Shown here: in pieces, positions 15,401 through 27,700 of the stretch
How positions within the stretch are numbered: the stretch's first letter is position 1
Layout of the letters: each line of letters begins with the position of its first letter
Source of the DNA: Hormiphora californensis
Taxonomy: Eukaryota > Animalia > Ctenophora
Assembly (NCBI GenBank): GCA_020137815.1
Contig: CM035359.1
Location: 3,906,001 to 3,970,000 of the forward strand
Length of the DNA: 64,000 nucleotides
Reading direction: 5' to 3'
Program-made: the position numbers and the translations under genes
Notes under the pieces: generated by a model
Databases searched by the model: none
What the model saw: the letters and a program-made list of their open reading frames with translations, nothing else
What the model was told of the DNA's origin: nothing

Positions 15401-18400
15401 TCTTCTACAATAAAAACCACGTCTACTCATTTGTCCAGCCGGAAGGTGAAACAAAACTTCCTCACTGATATGCGGCTAATAAACAATCAACCGATCCCTA
15501 TTCTCTGAAAGTCTCCGTCGAGAAGAAAAGTAGAAAACCATATTACAGACATCCTTACTTGATATACTGAGACGCGAAATGAAATTGCTATATAATGCTA
15601 TGATATAGACAATTGAAACTCAGTACGTGTCATACGAATTCACACGACAGCCCGCTAGCGCTTACTAGCTCACTAGAACTATTATATGTACTATGTAGGA
15701 ACAGTAAACATAAAAATTCAGTATTTGTTCCGTGTTCACGGGCTGTCGTGTGAATTCATATCCCACGTACTGAGTTCCAACTGTCTATATCATAGCATTA
15801 TATTATAGCAATTTCATCTCACGTCTCAGTATATCAAGTAAGGCTGTCTGTAATGTGGTTTTCTGAGCCGTTAGAACATTAGAAAACATCAGAAAACATT
15901 GCTGTTGCAACAAACTAGTTATCCTACATAAGTACCATTTGTGGCTTGAGCCAAGCGCCTTCGGGTGTGAGGTCAAACCAAACCAAACCAAACCAAACCA
16001 AACCAAACCAAACCTAACAAAACCAAACCAAATCAAATCAAACCAAACCTAACCAATCCAAAACAAACCAAACCAAACAATCTACCTGAAGTCCCCCCCC
16101 CCCCCCCAACGTACAAATGTAGAATATAATAATTCACTTTCGAGGGTATATTGGTTATTTTCACCTTTATAATTATGATCAAGTACTAATTTGTTTAAAA
16201 GTACTACTTTGTTTCAGCCATACCATTCTCCTTCCAATCCCCCTTCTCCTGTGGTACTATCATGGATGGAGGGGTCTCCTTGGTCTACATAACCGTCCTG
16301 TTACCTGAACCAAACAAGCTAAAATGCCACGTGATACGAGTATCTTCCGTCGCCTTGGTTAGTGATGATGATTTAATATATGATCAGCTCGGTCAGAATG
16401 GTTGCTATTTTGGGAACCAGCACTGACAGGTCATACAGTAAAATCTGGATGAAATTATTTGTGTGTCATACAGATTACTGTCATATGCCATACTGTATGA
16501 TGTAATACGTGATTTAATAGTGGTTTGTGGCTCACTCATTCTTCTTCTTTTTCAGGCTGTTAAACTTCAAGAAGAGGTGACGACCCTGCAGCAGAATGCA
16601 CTCAATGTAACAAAACGAAGTTAGTATAATAAACTAGAAAATCAGCACCAGTGCTGACACTATAGTCATAGTATGTATTTTCAATATGTATTTTAAATAT
16701 TTTACCCAGTCTTGACTTGTCTTGACGTCTTATTGAGTCTCGCACACGGCCCCCCAAAATCCAAACAACTTTAAACAGTCTTGGTGAAGCGCTGGGTTAA
16801 TTTCGTGTGGCCCAAAAAATTGCAGCTCATAGCACTACTTTGCACAGCCCTGTAACACTATCCAGGTCGAGTCTTATCAGTGCAGCGATGGTACTTTACA
16901 TTTTAACCCTGGTGTGTGGAGATATTTTCTCTTTCTTTCTCCACGGACTCGGTTCATACAAACCTTCAGGGGCTCTTTTCAATTTTCCTTCCACAATCCA
17001 CATGTCCAGATTTCTCAAACTCAGCTGCTCATATCAATCCCTTATTCTTGTACAACTTTATGTTCTAAGAATCTCTCTTTTGTCCCCTTCTGCCGAATTT
17101 CAAATCAACCTACATCACTCCATAGAGATAACATTTATATAGGATTTTATAAAGAGGTCATCCAGCCGTGTCTCACCAGATGAGAATGATCGGATGATCT
17201 TCTCCCGATCTTTTATTTTCTAAATGAACTCATCCAGCTACTCAATCCCCAACTTTATTTATCATCATATGCCCTAGATCTGAGACGGCAAATTACGGAA
17301 AGTTTCGAGCGCTCAACAACCTCTGCCAAGATCCGCCGATCGTATTCGGAGGAGCGAACCCGGGCAACCCATAGACCTCTCTCCACGGTGGCAGAGTGTA
17401 ATAAGGCGAGAAGGGCTTCTGATATGACGGGGTCAGGGTCCAATAGGAGAGGGAGGCGGAGTAGCGTGCCCTCCAGAACCTTGGATATATACGAGGTACG
17501 TTATATCTTGCCATGTTATTATAACCCTCCTTTACAATTGTGTGTGGTGAGACAGTTCTAACCCTCCTTTACAATTGTGTGTGGTGAGACAGTTCTAATC
17601 CTCCTTTACATTTGTGTGTGGTGAGACAGTTCTAACCCTCCTTTACATTTGTGTGTGGTGATCAGACAGGGTTGAATGCAAGCAATATCTACTAGCTGTT
17701 CATTTACAGTATGAGATTGTATCATATATTGATAACAGTCGATGTTCAAGTCAAGTATTTTTTGTACTGACGTCATAGTTTGAGACTTGAGAGAAGTGCG
17801 TTTTTAAATAAATATTTCAAGTTTTTATACAATTATACCTACTAGAGAGGGCAATAGAGAGGAAACTCGCATATGCGATACGATCCTACCAACCTTGTCA
17901 AGAACTATTTGTCAAGAACTATTTCTCTCCCTATCATCTTGAGTCGCCTGACGCTCTCATGTATGAACAGTTCAACTATCACCCTCTCTATATAGTACAT
18001 AACTCCCTCCCGCGCGGGCATCTATTCAATAGACGCACTGCAGAGCAGTGCGTCTATTGAGCTGTAATGCACGGGTCCCGAAGGGACCGTGCATTACAGC
18101 CCTGTAAATCCCGAGCGTCAGCGAGGGGTTTACAGGTATATCTGCACGCAAGGGAGGGAGTTATGTTCTATAGACCCCGCTGGCGGGCACCTAGAAGCAA
18201 AACAAGCACAAATTAGGTGGTTTTTAAACAGAGAGCTCACACAAAACGGGTCAAACAGTTGGAAATGAAGCTACAGAGTGCCTCTCTACATTCCTACACA
18301 CTCGTAACAATCGTCGTAACAGTTTCAAAGGGTGGAATGCAGAGAGAGATTACAGTTAATTGTGGGTCATGAGCAACAGTTGCAACAGACTGGCGGGCGC

Positions 18401-18669
18401 CAAATCTAGACAGAGAGCGTTGTAGGTTGTACACAGTACACACACTCCCTCTTGTGTTACCAAGTCATTTTATCGTGTTTCCAGTGATTCTTTGTGATCT
18501 TTACACAAATCTGTCAGAGGGCGTGCGTCTATCGAGACACAAACTCACGGCAGTGCACGGCCCAATAGACCAGTGCAAATTGTTCGCGCGGGGCGGGCGT
18601 CTATTTGAGCGAGCGGGGTCTATATAAAATAAATACATCCTTCCCTCGAGAAATCTCTCTCCCCCTCGG

Positions 18670-18752
<83 letters not shown>

Positions 18753-21700
18753 TCATATACAGGTTGACTATTTAGGATCGGTCGCCTCTAAAACAAGCGA
18801 TCTTCCTGACATTGAGCGGACATTGCAACACCTCAAAGACGATACAAATGGTAATTGTAACCATGGTAACCATGGTAACCATAGTAACAAATGGTAACCA
18901 TAGAAACCATAGTAATAAACCCCAATTCTCCTCAATAAACCCCAATTCTCCCCACCCAATTCTCCCCAATTCTCCTGCACTACAGGACCGACCTCTGGGT
19001 TACTTCATGTTGGGAGGGGAGAGGTTCAAATGATGAGAAGAGACCGGGTGACCGTTATACGCAGTTGGAACATTGCCCATATCCGGGCATGCGCTCAGGT
19101 AAATCATGTATTAATTAATTAGTTATATTAATTAAGGGATACTGCACCGTGCCTTGAGAAAACCCCGCTAGGTGGGACAATGTAATTCCTGTCAACTCAA
19201 GCATGCTAGGTCTCGTGACTCGTGCTAATCCTTTTGAAACGATTGGGTCACAGGTGACCCAGTACTTTGAAAATTAAAATTTCACCAGGCACGCCGTGTG
19301 TAGTATTAAACCATGGCATGGAAGATGGATTATTAACGATTTCATTCTCTCCAGGGCAGAGTTGATTTGGGTATGGTCGGATGGAGCAGTAGGGAGAGAG
19401 ATCTGAGGGAACGAATACACGTGTTTAGGGTATCTCGACCTGAAGAGGTAACATATTCTAAGTGAAATCAGATGTGAGCTCATTGAAGAGGTAACAACAT
19501 GCAGGGTGTCCCATACATTCTGACAAGTGACACGTGTGTGTCACACTATGTCAGACCATACATAAGGGCTCACCCTGATACATTATTTTATTGACATCTG
19601 ACTGGCAACTTGTGAGAGATCCCATCTAGACCACATGTTGTCAGACAAATTTAAATGTTAATTAACTGTTAATATTAAAACTTCTCTCTATCTAGGGTGC
19701 ACTACTACTCCACGCCCTCCATGAAACATGGCAAAATGCCTACACGAAGAGGAAAAAGTGTAGCCCATGTAATCATTGTCCTATTGTGGTGTTCAATAGG
19801 ATGTGTGAGGACCTACAAGGTATAATAAGTCTGATTTTTTGAAGATATTTGTCAACTTTTTGACGTGTGCATCACACGTTAAGCGCACGAGAAGGGGGGT
19901 TGACAACTAAACTTCAAAAAATCAAATTTTAAAGAGCTTGTCTCACAAACTTCTCCATTCCCTTACAAAATTAACTCTACAAGCACTACTGAGTTCTAAT
20001 TTATATATGCGGTAAGATTGTTAAGCGTCAACCAAGAGAGAGGAGGGGGAGGGGCTCCTAGGAGAGAGATAGAGATATAGCAGCTATCTAAGTCCTACTA
20101 AAACTTTTTACTTTCCATAAAGGTTTATCCGAGGACGAGGTTATGTCTAAATTAGGAGACGTTTTGGAATCCCTTTCCACTGAAGATACATCCACTGTTT
20201 TAGAGCTATTCAAGGTAATAGAGCAACTTTTGGTTAACATGCCCGGGCACTTTTTGTAAGTTGGTCCCTAACACCATGCGAATAGCCTCTTCTCCAATTT
20301 CTCTCAGAGTTGTTCAGAGAGCCTCAGATCGTTTGTGACTTGTGAGGGTGAAAGATGGTCATCTATTTGTTTACTATTGCACCGCACACTACCACCTGAT
20401 ATATTCTTTTCAGACGGACCAAACATCTCTGGAAGTACAAAACGCTCTATTGGTACGGTGCCTCCGACGCATGTTTGAGGGTCACCAGGGCAACCACACT
20501 CACGGCAGCAAGAGTCACCGACCCCGTTCAACCACTGCCCCTGCTTTTGATAATGTTGCCGAGGAGCAACCTGTAATGGAAAATAATAACCGGGTAACAG
20601 CGAGAGAGAGAGAGAGAGATGAGGGTCCTCCTCCCCCTCTCCCTCATTGATGGAGAATGGGAGGAGGACACTTTATTGGAAGAGAGAGAATAACTATAAA
20701 ATATTTTCCATGGAATGTAGGTACTATTTAGCAGTTGCTAAACATTCAACCGTTCGTCTCACGTACGTTTCGGTACGTTTTAAATGTGTGCAGTCAGCAG
20801 TGTACATTTTTCCAATTTGCACTTTCACCAGTTCACACTATCGCCGTACTTCCTAGAGCTCAGCAGCCCTGGTCCCAGCGAGCGCAAAACGGCGCTCCCG
20901 AGTCCGGCAGCTATCAAACTTCCGTAAAGCCATCTACGACAGTGTGTCCCTGACGAAAAAGGGGCTCTCCTCACTTTTACCATCACCTACGGAGGAAATG
21001 CCTGGAAATCTCAATATGGTCAGTGTCAATTTTCACGTGAAAATTACGAGCCGTGCAACCCCTGTCTGGCGGCGTCAGACCCCGATTTGATTCTCGACAG
21101 TCCGCTCAGATTTGGTCCGCGGCGCCATACAGTGTTCATTTGCTCTTTCTCAGCTAGTAAAGATCTTACCGTTTGGCACGTACTACTATTTGATCTCGTG
21201 TAGTGACTTAGTTCCGTCCCTACTAGGTGAGTGTACGGGATCGGGAGGTGACTCGGGAGTGGGAAGTTATTCTAAGGAGTGAGGAACGGAAAACGCTGGC
21301 TGATCTTCATTTTGCCGTGTCAATGGGTGAGTTGAGATAGAGAGAGAGGGAGGACAGTGTCCTATTTTTCCCAACTTACAAATCAAATCCAATTTTCACA
21401 TAGTTTACCCCTAGAATGAGTTCCTACGATCATTCTAAAACATTTGGTGAAAAAATTTTAGTCCTACCCTGGCCCAATTACGTGGGCCGATGTATGCCCA
21501 TATATGGGCATATTCATATCAAAAAAAGTTTTTTGGGGCGTTATTTCGAAAAAACCACACATATGAATCGCCTCATGAGAACCAGTACAACCATTATTTC
21601 CAGTCTGCACCTTCAGAACTCCATTTTATAACGAAAAATTTATTTTTTTTCATCTTTTTTTCTTGCACATTTTCCTACTTTGCTGTATTACTTACTTGAC

Positions 21701-24700
21701 TTGACTTAAGGCGGGTGGAATTCCCGAACGCCTTGAACAAGTTTTCACCACGCATCACGTTCCTCCATAACTGAAGCTATCTCCTTCACGTCTCCCAGAC
21801 CCGTATCTTGCCGTAGAACATCCACAAAGGTTTTCGAGGGCCTGCCACGTTTACATTGACCGTGAGTAGGCTCCCAAAGAAGGACTTTGTGGAGTGTCAG
21901 CTCTGAATGTCGTTGTGCATGTCCGGCAAGTCGTAGTCTTCGTTCCACTATTTTAGTGCTGAGAATGGGTAACCCTCCAATACCATACAACGTGCCATTA
22001 GTCATGCGGAGTTGCCACTGGTTCTTGTTAAGTGCCATTCTCAACATACGAGTATAAGCTCCATTCAAACTCTTCTCCATTTGTTTGGTGAGGGTCCAGG
22101 TCTCACATCCGTATAGGAGAACGGTTTCGACAGTAGCAACAAATAACCTACACTTGAGTTCGTCTTTGAGATCTGAGTTCCAGACTTTCTTCAAGCCGTG
22201 GCAGGCAACCCATGCCTTACTCTTCCGGTTCTTGATGTCCTTGTTCGAATCTCTGATCCACGAACCCAGGTATTTGAAGTCATCGGTTGTTTTGATGGTG
22301 TGTCCGTCACAGGTAAGAAGCGGCTCTGGATCTGGGATGTTCTCCACTATGAGCTCCGTTTTGTTCTGGTTAATAGCCAGACCAACCTCCTTACATACCG
22401 TTTCAACCTCACGAAGTAAAACCCCTAACTCCTCAACCGAGTTTGCCAGCAGGGCCACGTCGTCCGCGAAGCCAGTGTCAGTAACTCTGGATGCCCCAAC
22501 TCTCCTACTCCTAGCAGGTCTCAGAGTGAAACCGATCTCCGGGTGTCTACTGAGTGCTATCCGTAAGCAATAGTCCAGCACTATGATAAAGAGATACGGG
22601 GCTAATGTGTCGCCTTGTAAGACACCAGCCACGATCTCAAATATAGCAGTAACGCCGTCGGTTGTAAGGATTTGCGCTTTGGTGTTAGTGTAGAGCCATT
22701 GGATAAGATCGACGATAGCATCTGGTATGCCGTATGCCCTTAAGATTTTGATCAGGCTGGAACGGTTGATACTATCAAAGGCTTTAACAAAGTCGATGAA
22801 ACCCATGGCTACCGGGAGTTGTTTCCTCCTCGCACCCTCCAGTATCCTCCTCAGTGTTAAGATGTGACTGGTGGTTGAGCGTCCCTCTCGGAATCCGTTC
22901 TGGGAGTCAAGGAGTTTAGTCTCAATATAGGGCCGGATGCGATGTAGTAGCATCCTGTTCAACGTTTTAGCAACTATTGAAGTCAGTGCAATACCACGGT
23001 AGTTCCCAGGCTTGGACAGGTCGCCCTTCTTCGGAACAGGAATGATGTTACTCACTGTCCATTGTTCTGGAATACCTTTACCTTCTAAAGCACCGTTACA
23101 AAACCCCAGCACTATCTCATCCAGATCACACCTTTTCAGAACCTCAGGAGGGATGCTGTCATCCCCATAAGCCTTCCCCTCCTTAATCCTCTTCTTGGCC
23201 CTCTGATATTCCTCAAGAGTGAAGCTGCCAGTGAAGATGTCCGCCGGGGGGAAGAGCTGTTCGACTTCCGTGTCTGATGACCCTGATGGTGTAGACCCTA
23301 GTAGGGTTCGGAAGTGATTCAACCATATATCATTCCTCTCTTCCGGTGAGCCCCCCTCCAACTGACTAGCTGTCCTCAGGTTTCTACCAGAGACCTCGTT
23401 AACTATCCTCCAAACTTCTCGTGACTTAGCATTCCTAGCAGCATCCTCTACCCTCCTAATCTTACCCTCAATAATCTCCGACTCAACCTCTCCATAGGCC
23501 CCCGATAACCCCTCCTTCGCCCTATTTACTCTGATCCTCGTCCTCTCGTCTGGTGCTTCGTGATACTCCTTACTGGCACACTCCAACTCTGTCCTCACTC
23601 GCTTGACTCTATAGTCCTCTGCCACAACGTCTTTCAGACGTTTTCGCTTCTTCCCAAGGAGAGCTTTACTCGTTTCCTGTACTGCGCTAATGAAGTGACC
23701 ATAGTTCGTAGTTGGGTCGTCTTCAGCAGTAGATGTTAGACAGGAAAATCGGTTGTGAACCTCAACAGAGAAACGATCCCTCAGGTCCGGGTCGGTTCTG
23801 AGAGGACCATAGTCGAGATTCGGTCTTCCTGGCAGAGTCTTCCTCTTCCGTAGGGTGAGTTTGACCTTGGCGATAAGCAACCGATGATCAGATCCAAGGG
23901 AGCTTAACGCCTCGGACGTCGTGGTGTCCTTAATACTATTCCTCCATTTCTTCCTTATTAGTATATAATCCAGGGTGGCCTTCCGCTGTGTCCCGTCCGA
24001 CAGGAATGTCCACAAACGACTCTTCTTCTTCCGGAATCTAATGTTGGTGGCCTCCAAGTTGGTTTCCTCCATAGTTTCCTTCAGAAGGACACCGTTACGG
24101 CTGGTGGTACGATGATAGTACCATCCAGAACTAGTTCCTTCCCAACCAAGGCGAGCGTTGAAGTCGCCACAAACAATCAGGAGATTGTGAGCAGGTACTT
24201 CGTGTAGATATTCTCTTAGCTCGTTATGGAACTGTTCTACTTCATCAAATTCGGCACCCTCTGTCGGTGAGTATACGGTAACAAGCGTTAGCTTGGGATT
24301 GCCGGCGAAGGTGACGGCCAGGATCCGATTAGAAACCACTCTTGTCTCAACAATGAGCTTCGATGCATTGGTCCCCATTAAGATTCCGACCCCTCCAACA
24401 GACGCTCCCATACTATTCCGCCAGGCTGTCGATGTTAATAGGATTGAGTCTGGCCCAGCCTGGGTTCTCTTAACAGTCTCTGGATGGACAATTCGGTGCT
24501 CCTGAATACCCAAAAGACCAATACCATGTTTAGAGAATTGATAAGCCAGCTCGCTGACTTTGTCAGCTGTTCGGAGTGTTCTGCAGTTGAAAGTGCCTAT
24601 GCGTGTTCTGTGTATAACTTTGTTCATATTGTTTTTCTTTGGTTGCGGTTACCCCGTCCGGATCACCACTCCGGGACGGCTGGATCTCTCTAGAGTTAGC

Positions 24701-27700
24701 CAGGACAACATATAATAGGAGTTGAACTGAAGGACTCTGAGTGCATAATTTACCACTGGTTTGTTCCACTAAGCCTATAGAAGGCAGAGTGGTGCATGCT
24801 CAGTGGTTCACTACACACTTTAGCCCACGTTTGCCACCGTACATAAAATACAGCCAGTCTTTTTAGGACTCGTGGTTAACCACCCCTAGGTGTTCTGTCA
24901 TTACTCAGCATCGGACCTATGTGCCTCTTCCCCTATGACATGCAACAATCAATAAGGGGAAGATAGGAGGGGCATTAGTGGAGACGAATTTTAACTTTTT
25001 GAGATTTTATTTGTCGGAAAGCAAATTCCGGTTGTAACCGACTAATTTTGACCTGCTGAACACGATCCCGTTTATGAAAAAGCTCTCAAAATTGAAGAAA
25101 ATGACCAAAATGAACATTCTTAGTCAAAAATGAACATTTTTTGTCCAAAATGAACATTTTCAGGTCAAAATGAACTTTGGCTAACTTTCATGATACACAT
25201 CCATTCTGATCGGTATCAAACCGCTGAACACGACCCTGACCATAAAAAGTTGATATCAAGAACATGCCAAACACTGGTGTAAAACACACATACTTTCCTT
25301 TTTTCGGTAAAAAAGTAAACTTTTTTAATCGCCTGGCCCACGTAATTGACATACACTACCCCAATTCCGTTTTCAGGATGTAGTAGACAATTGTCCATAG
25401 TTTCATATCTACCCTTAAACTATTGGCCAAGTCGACAAAATTTTCACTTAGCACACCCTAGAGGACACCCAGCACTTTATAGAAACAACTATTATCCACT
25501 ATGTGAAGGTGCATGGTTCTTATTGAGAGGGTCATTTTCTGAAGTTTCTTTTGCTTTTGTTGGTGGGATAATTAGAGCAGTGAGCTAGAATTATCAGAGA
25601 CAAAATATATTGAACAAAAATGTATATCATTTTCGGGTTCCGATCATACGAATGCGATATAGTGAAATGGTCACGATGGATTGATATATTCTATCGGAAC
25701 TCGATTAATACACAATCTGCAATAATATCTTTCAACCGGATCCTCTCTTGCAAGATCTTGCCTTGCTCGACCCTCTAGTCTTTCTGTGCGCTAAAGGAGG
25801 GTTGGAACATAACACGCCCTCTGATCCCATCAGGTGTACCTGACGCCCTCAGGGGTGAGATCTGGGAGGCTCTAATCGGACTTCAGGACATGAACCAGTT
25901 ATCCCAGTTTGAACTCAGTTATGACAGTTTGGGGGAGATGGTGACGACACAAGTGGCAACAACGGTCGAGGCTGATCTTCGTGAGTTGTTTTAGTTGCCT
26001 AGTGCTAGAACCTCTCTTGAACAACTTGTAGTTAGTTGGGTTGGGAAAAAAAGAAGTGTTAACAGTTGCGTTTCATAGGATTCGAAACGACGAAACACGT
26101 TGCATTGTATAAACCGCCCTTGTCTTCCGTTTCAGAGAGAACGTTTCCCCATCACCCTCATTTCCGTGATCCTGAGGGTAGAGAACGACTCCGCCGGCTT
26201 CTCCACTCTTACTCTGTTCATGATCCACAGGTAAGACCACTCGCACAGCTACTATCATGAGTCAAAACATGACTATAATTGGCGTATATAATAAACCATG
26301 GGCTGATACCGAATTCTTGATTTATATTACATACACCGCGCCAATGCCCAATTGTTGATTCATGAGAATATTAGATCTCTTACACATCATCACATTTTGT
26401 TACACACACCTCCTATTATTAGGTAGGTTACTGTCAGGGCATGAACTTTGTTGCGGGGATGGTGCTGACCTACATAACAGATGAAGAGAAAGCTTTCACT
26501 CTTTTTGTTCAGCTCCTCAATATCTTTGAGCTGAGGGAAATGTATCGGCCAGACATGAGTGGTCTGAAACTCAGGTACGGTACCTAAAAGTGAAAGAATC
26601 TTTAACATTATCGTTGTGTAATAGAGCATGTAAAAGCAGTTATCATTATTTTGGCATTATTTTCTCTAAAAGCATTGGAAATTAGATGCGCATCTTCGTG
26701 GTTTTTTGACACTGGGCAGGTACCCCCATTCCCTGTCCCCCTTACTCAACAACACCTTCATCAGGACATAGTCCTTGTTATACTGGGGTTTGGTAATATT
26801 AAAATATTACAATATTACAATGTTACAATATTATAATGTTATAATATTACAATATTACAATATTACAATAATATAACAAGAGGCTGAGAAGCAGCTATTA
26901 TAGTTTGAAGCCCCCTTTAACAATGGTCTCAACATATACTCAACCTTCTCTCACCGCGTGCCCCGTTATATTATATCAACATTCCAGAACAATTGGGAAC
27001 CCTATTTTATATGAGCTATTTATGTATAAAATGATCTATTTATGTAATATAAGAGTTATGCGGGGTGCATTTAGAACCACCGCCCCGCCCATATAAGTCT
27101 AAAGTGGTGGCCACTATAGTTGTTTTATTGACCCTGCCTTTAACAACGCAAGGGAATGACGAATCTCCGAGAGTATTATATAAGTGAGATGAATATATAG
27201 CTATTTATATGTTTCTCAAAAAGATCTTTATCTCTGATCCCCATCTCTCTCCCTCTCTCCCTCTCTCTCTCTCTCACACTCTATCTATAGTCATATTTCC
27301 CTCTCTCTGACCACCGCCCTCTCCAGATTGTACCAGTTATCAAGATTAATCCACGACAGACATTATGATATTCATAACCACCTGAATACCCACGAGGTAC
27401 ATTTGATGATCAACTAACAATTAACATACCCTGTTTTAGTGTTTCAATTTCTCTGCTACTTTTTTGAGATGATATTCATGAATATTCACAAGTTTTATAC
27501 TTATTACTCAATATTTAATTACATCCCCCACTGCAGATAGCACCGTCTCTATTTGCCATCCCCTGGTTCCTAACCGTCTTCTCCTCTCAAGCCCGGTTCA
27601 GCACCGCTATCAGGATTCTAGATCACGTGTTTCTCTTTGGTATTGAGGCTATCTTCAAGGTGAGACATGTAGTCAATGATCAGAACTTTGGCCTGACCCT

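Noticed and set aside
16760-17514. Possible degraded retroelement coding fragment on the minus strand
   Set aside because: Multiple stops and no diagnostic motif, so it cannot be assigned.
17523-17661. 37-bp repeats as a CRISPR array
   Set aside because: Head-to-tail copies with no unique spacers, eukaryotic context and no cas genes.
18850-18910. (GTAACCATG)n repeats (also near 7200-7255 and 9200-9250) as a dedicated regulatory array
   Set aside because: They recur as short intronic or intergenic simple repeats, with no evidence of function from sequence alone.
24630-24960. HDV-like ribozyme in the RTE 5' UTR
   Set aside because: Simple hairpins are present, but I could not trace the nested double pseudoknot by eye. 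A covariance-model search would be needed.
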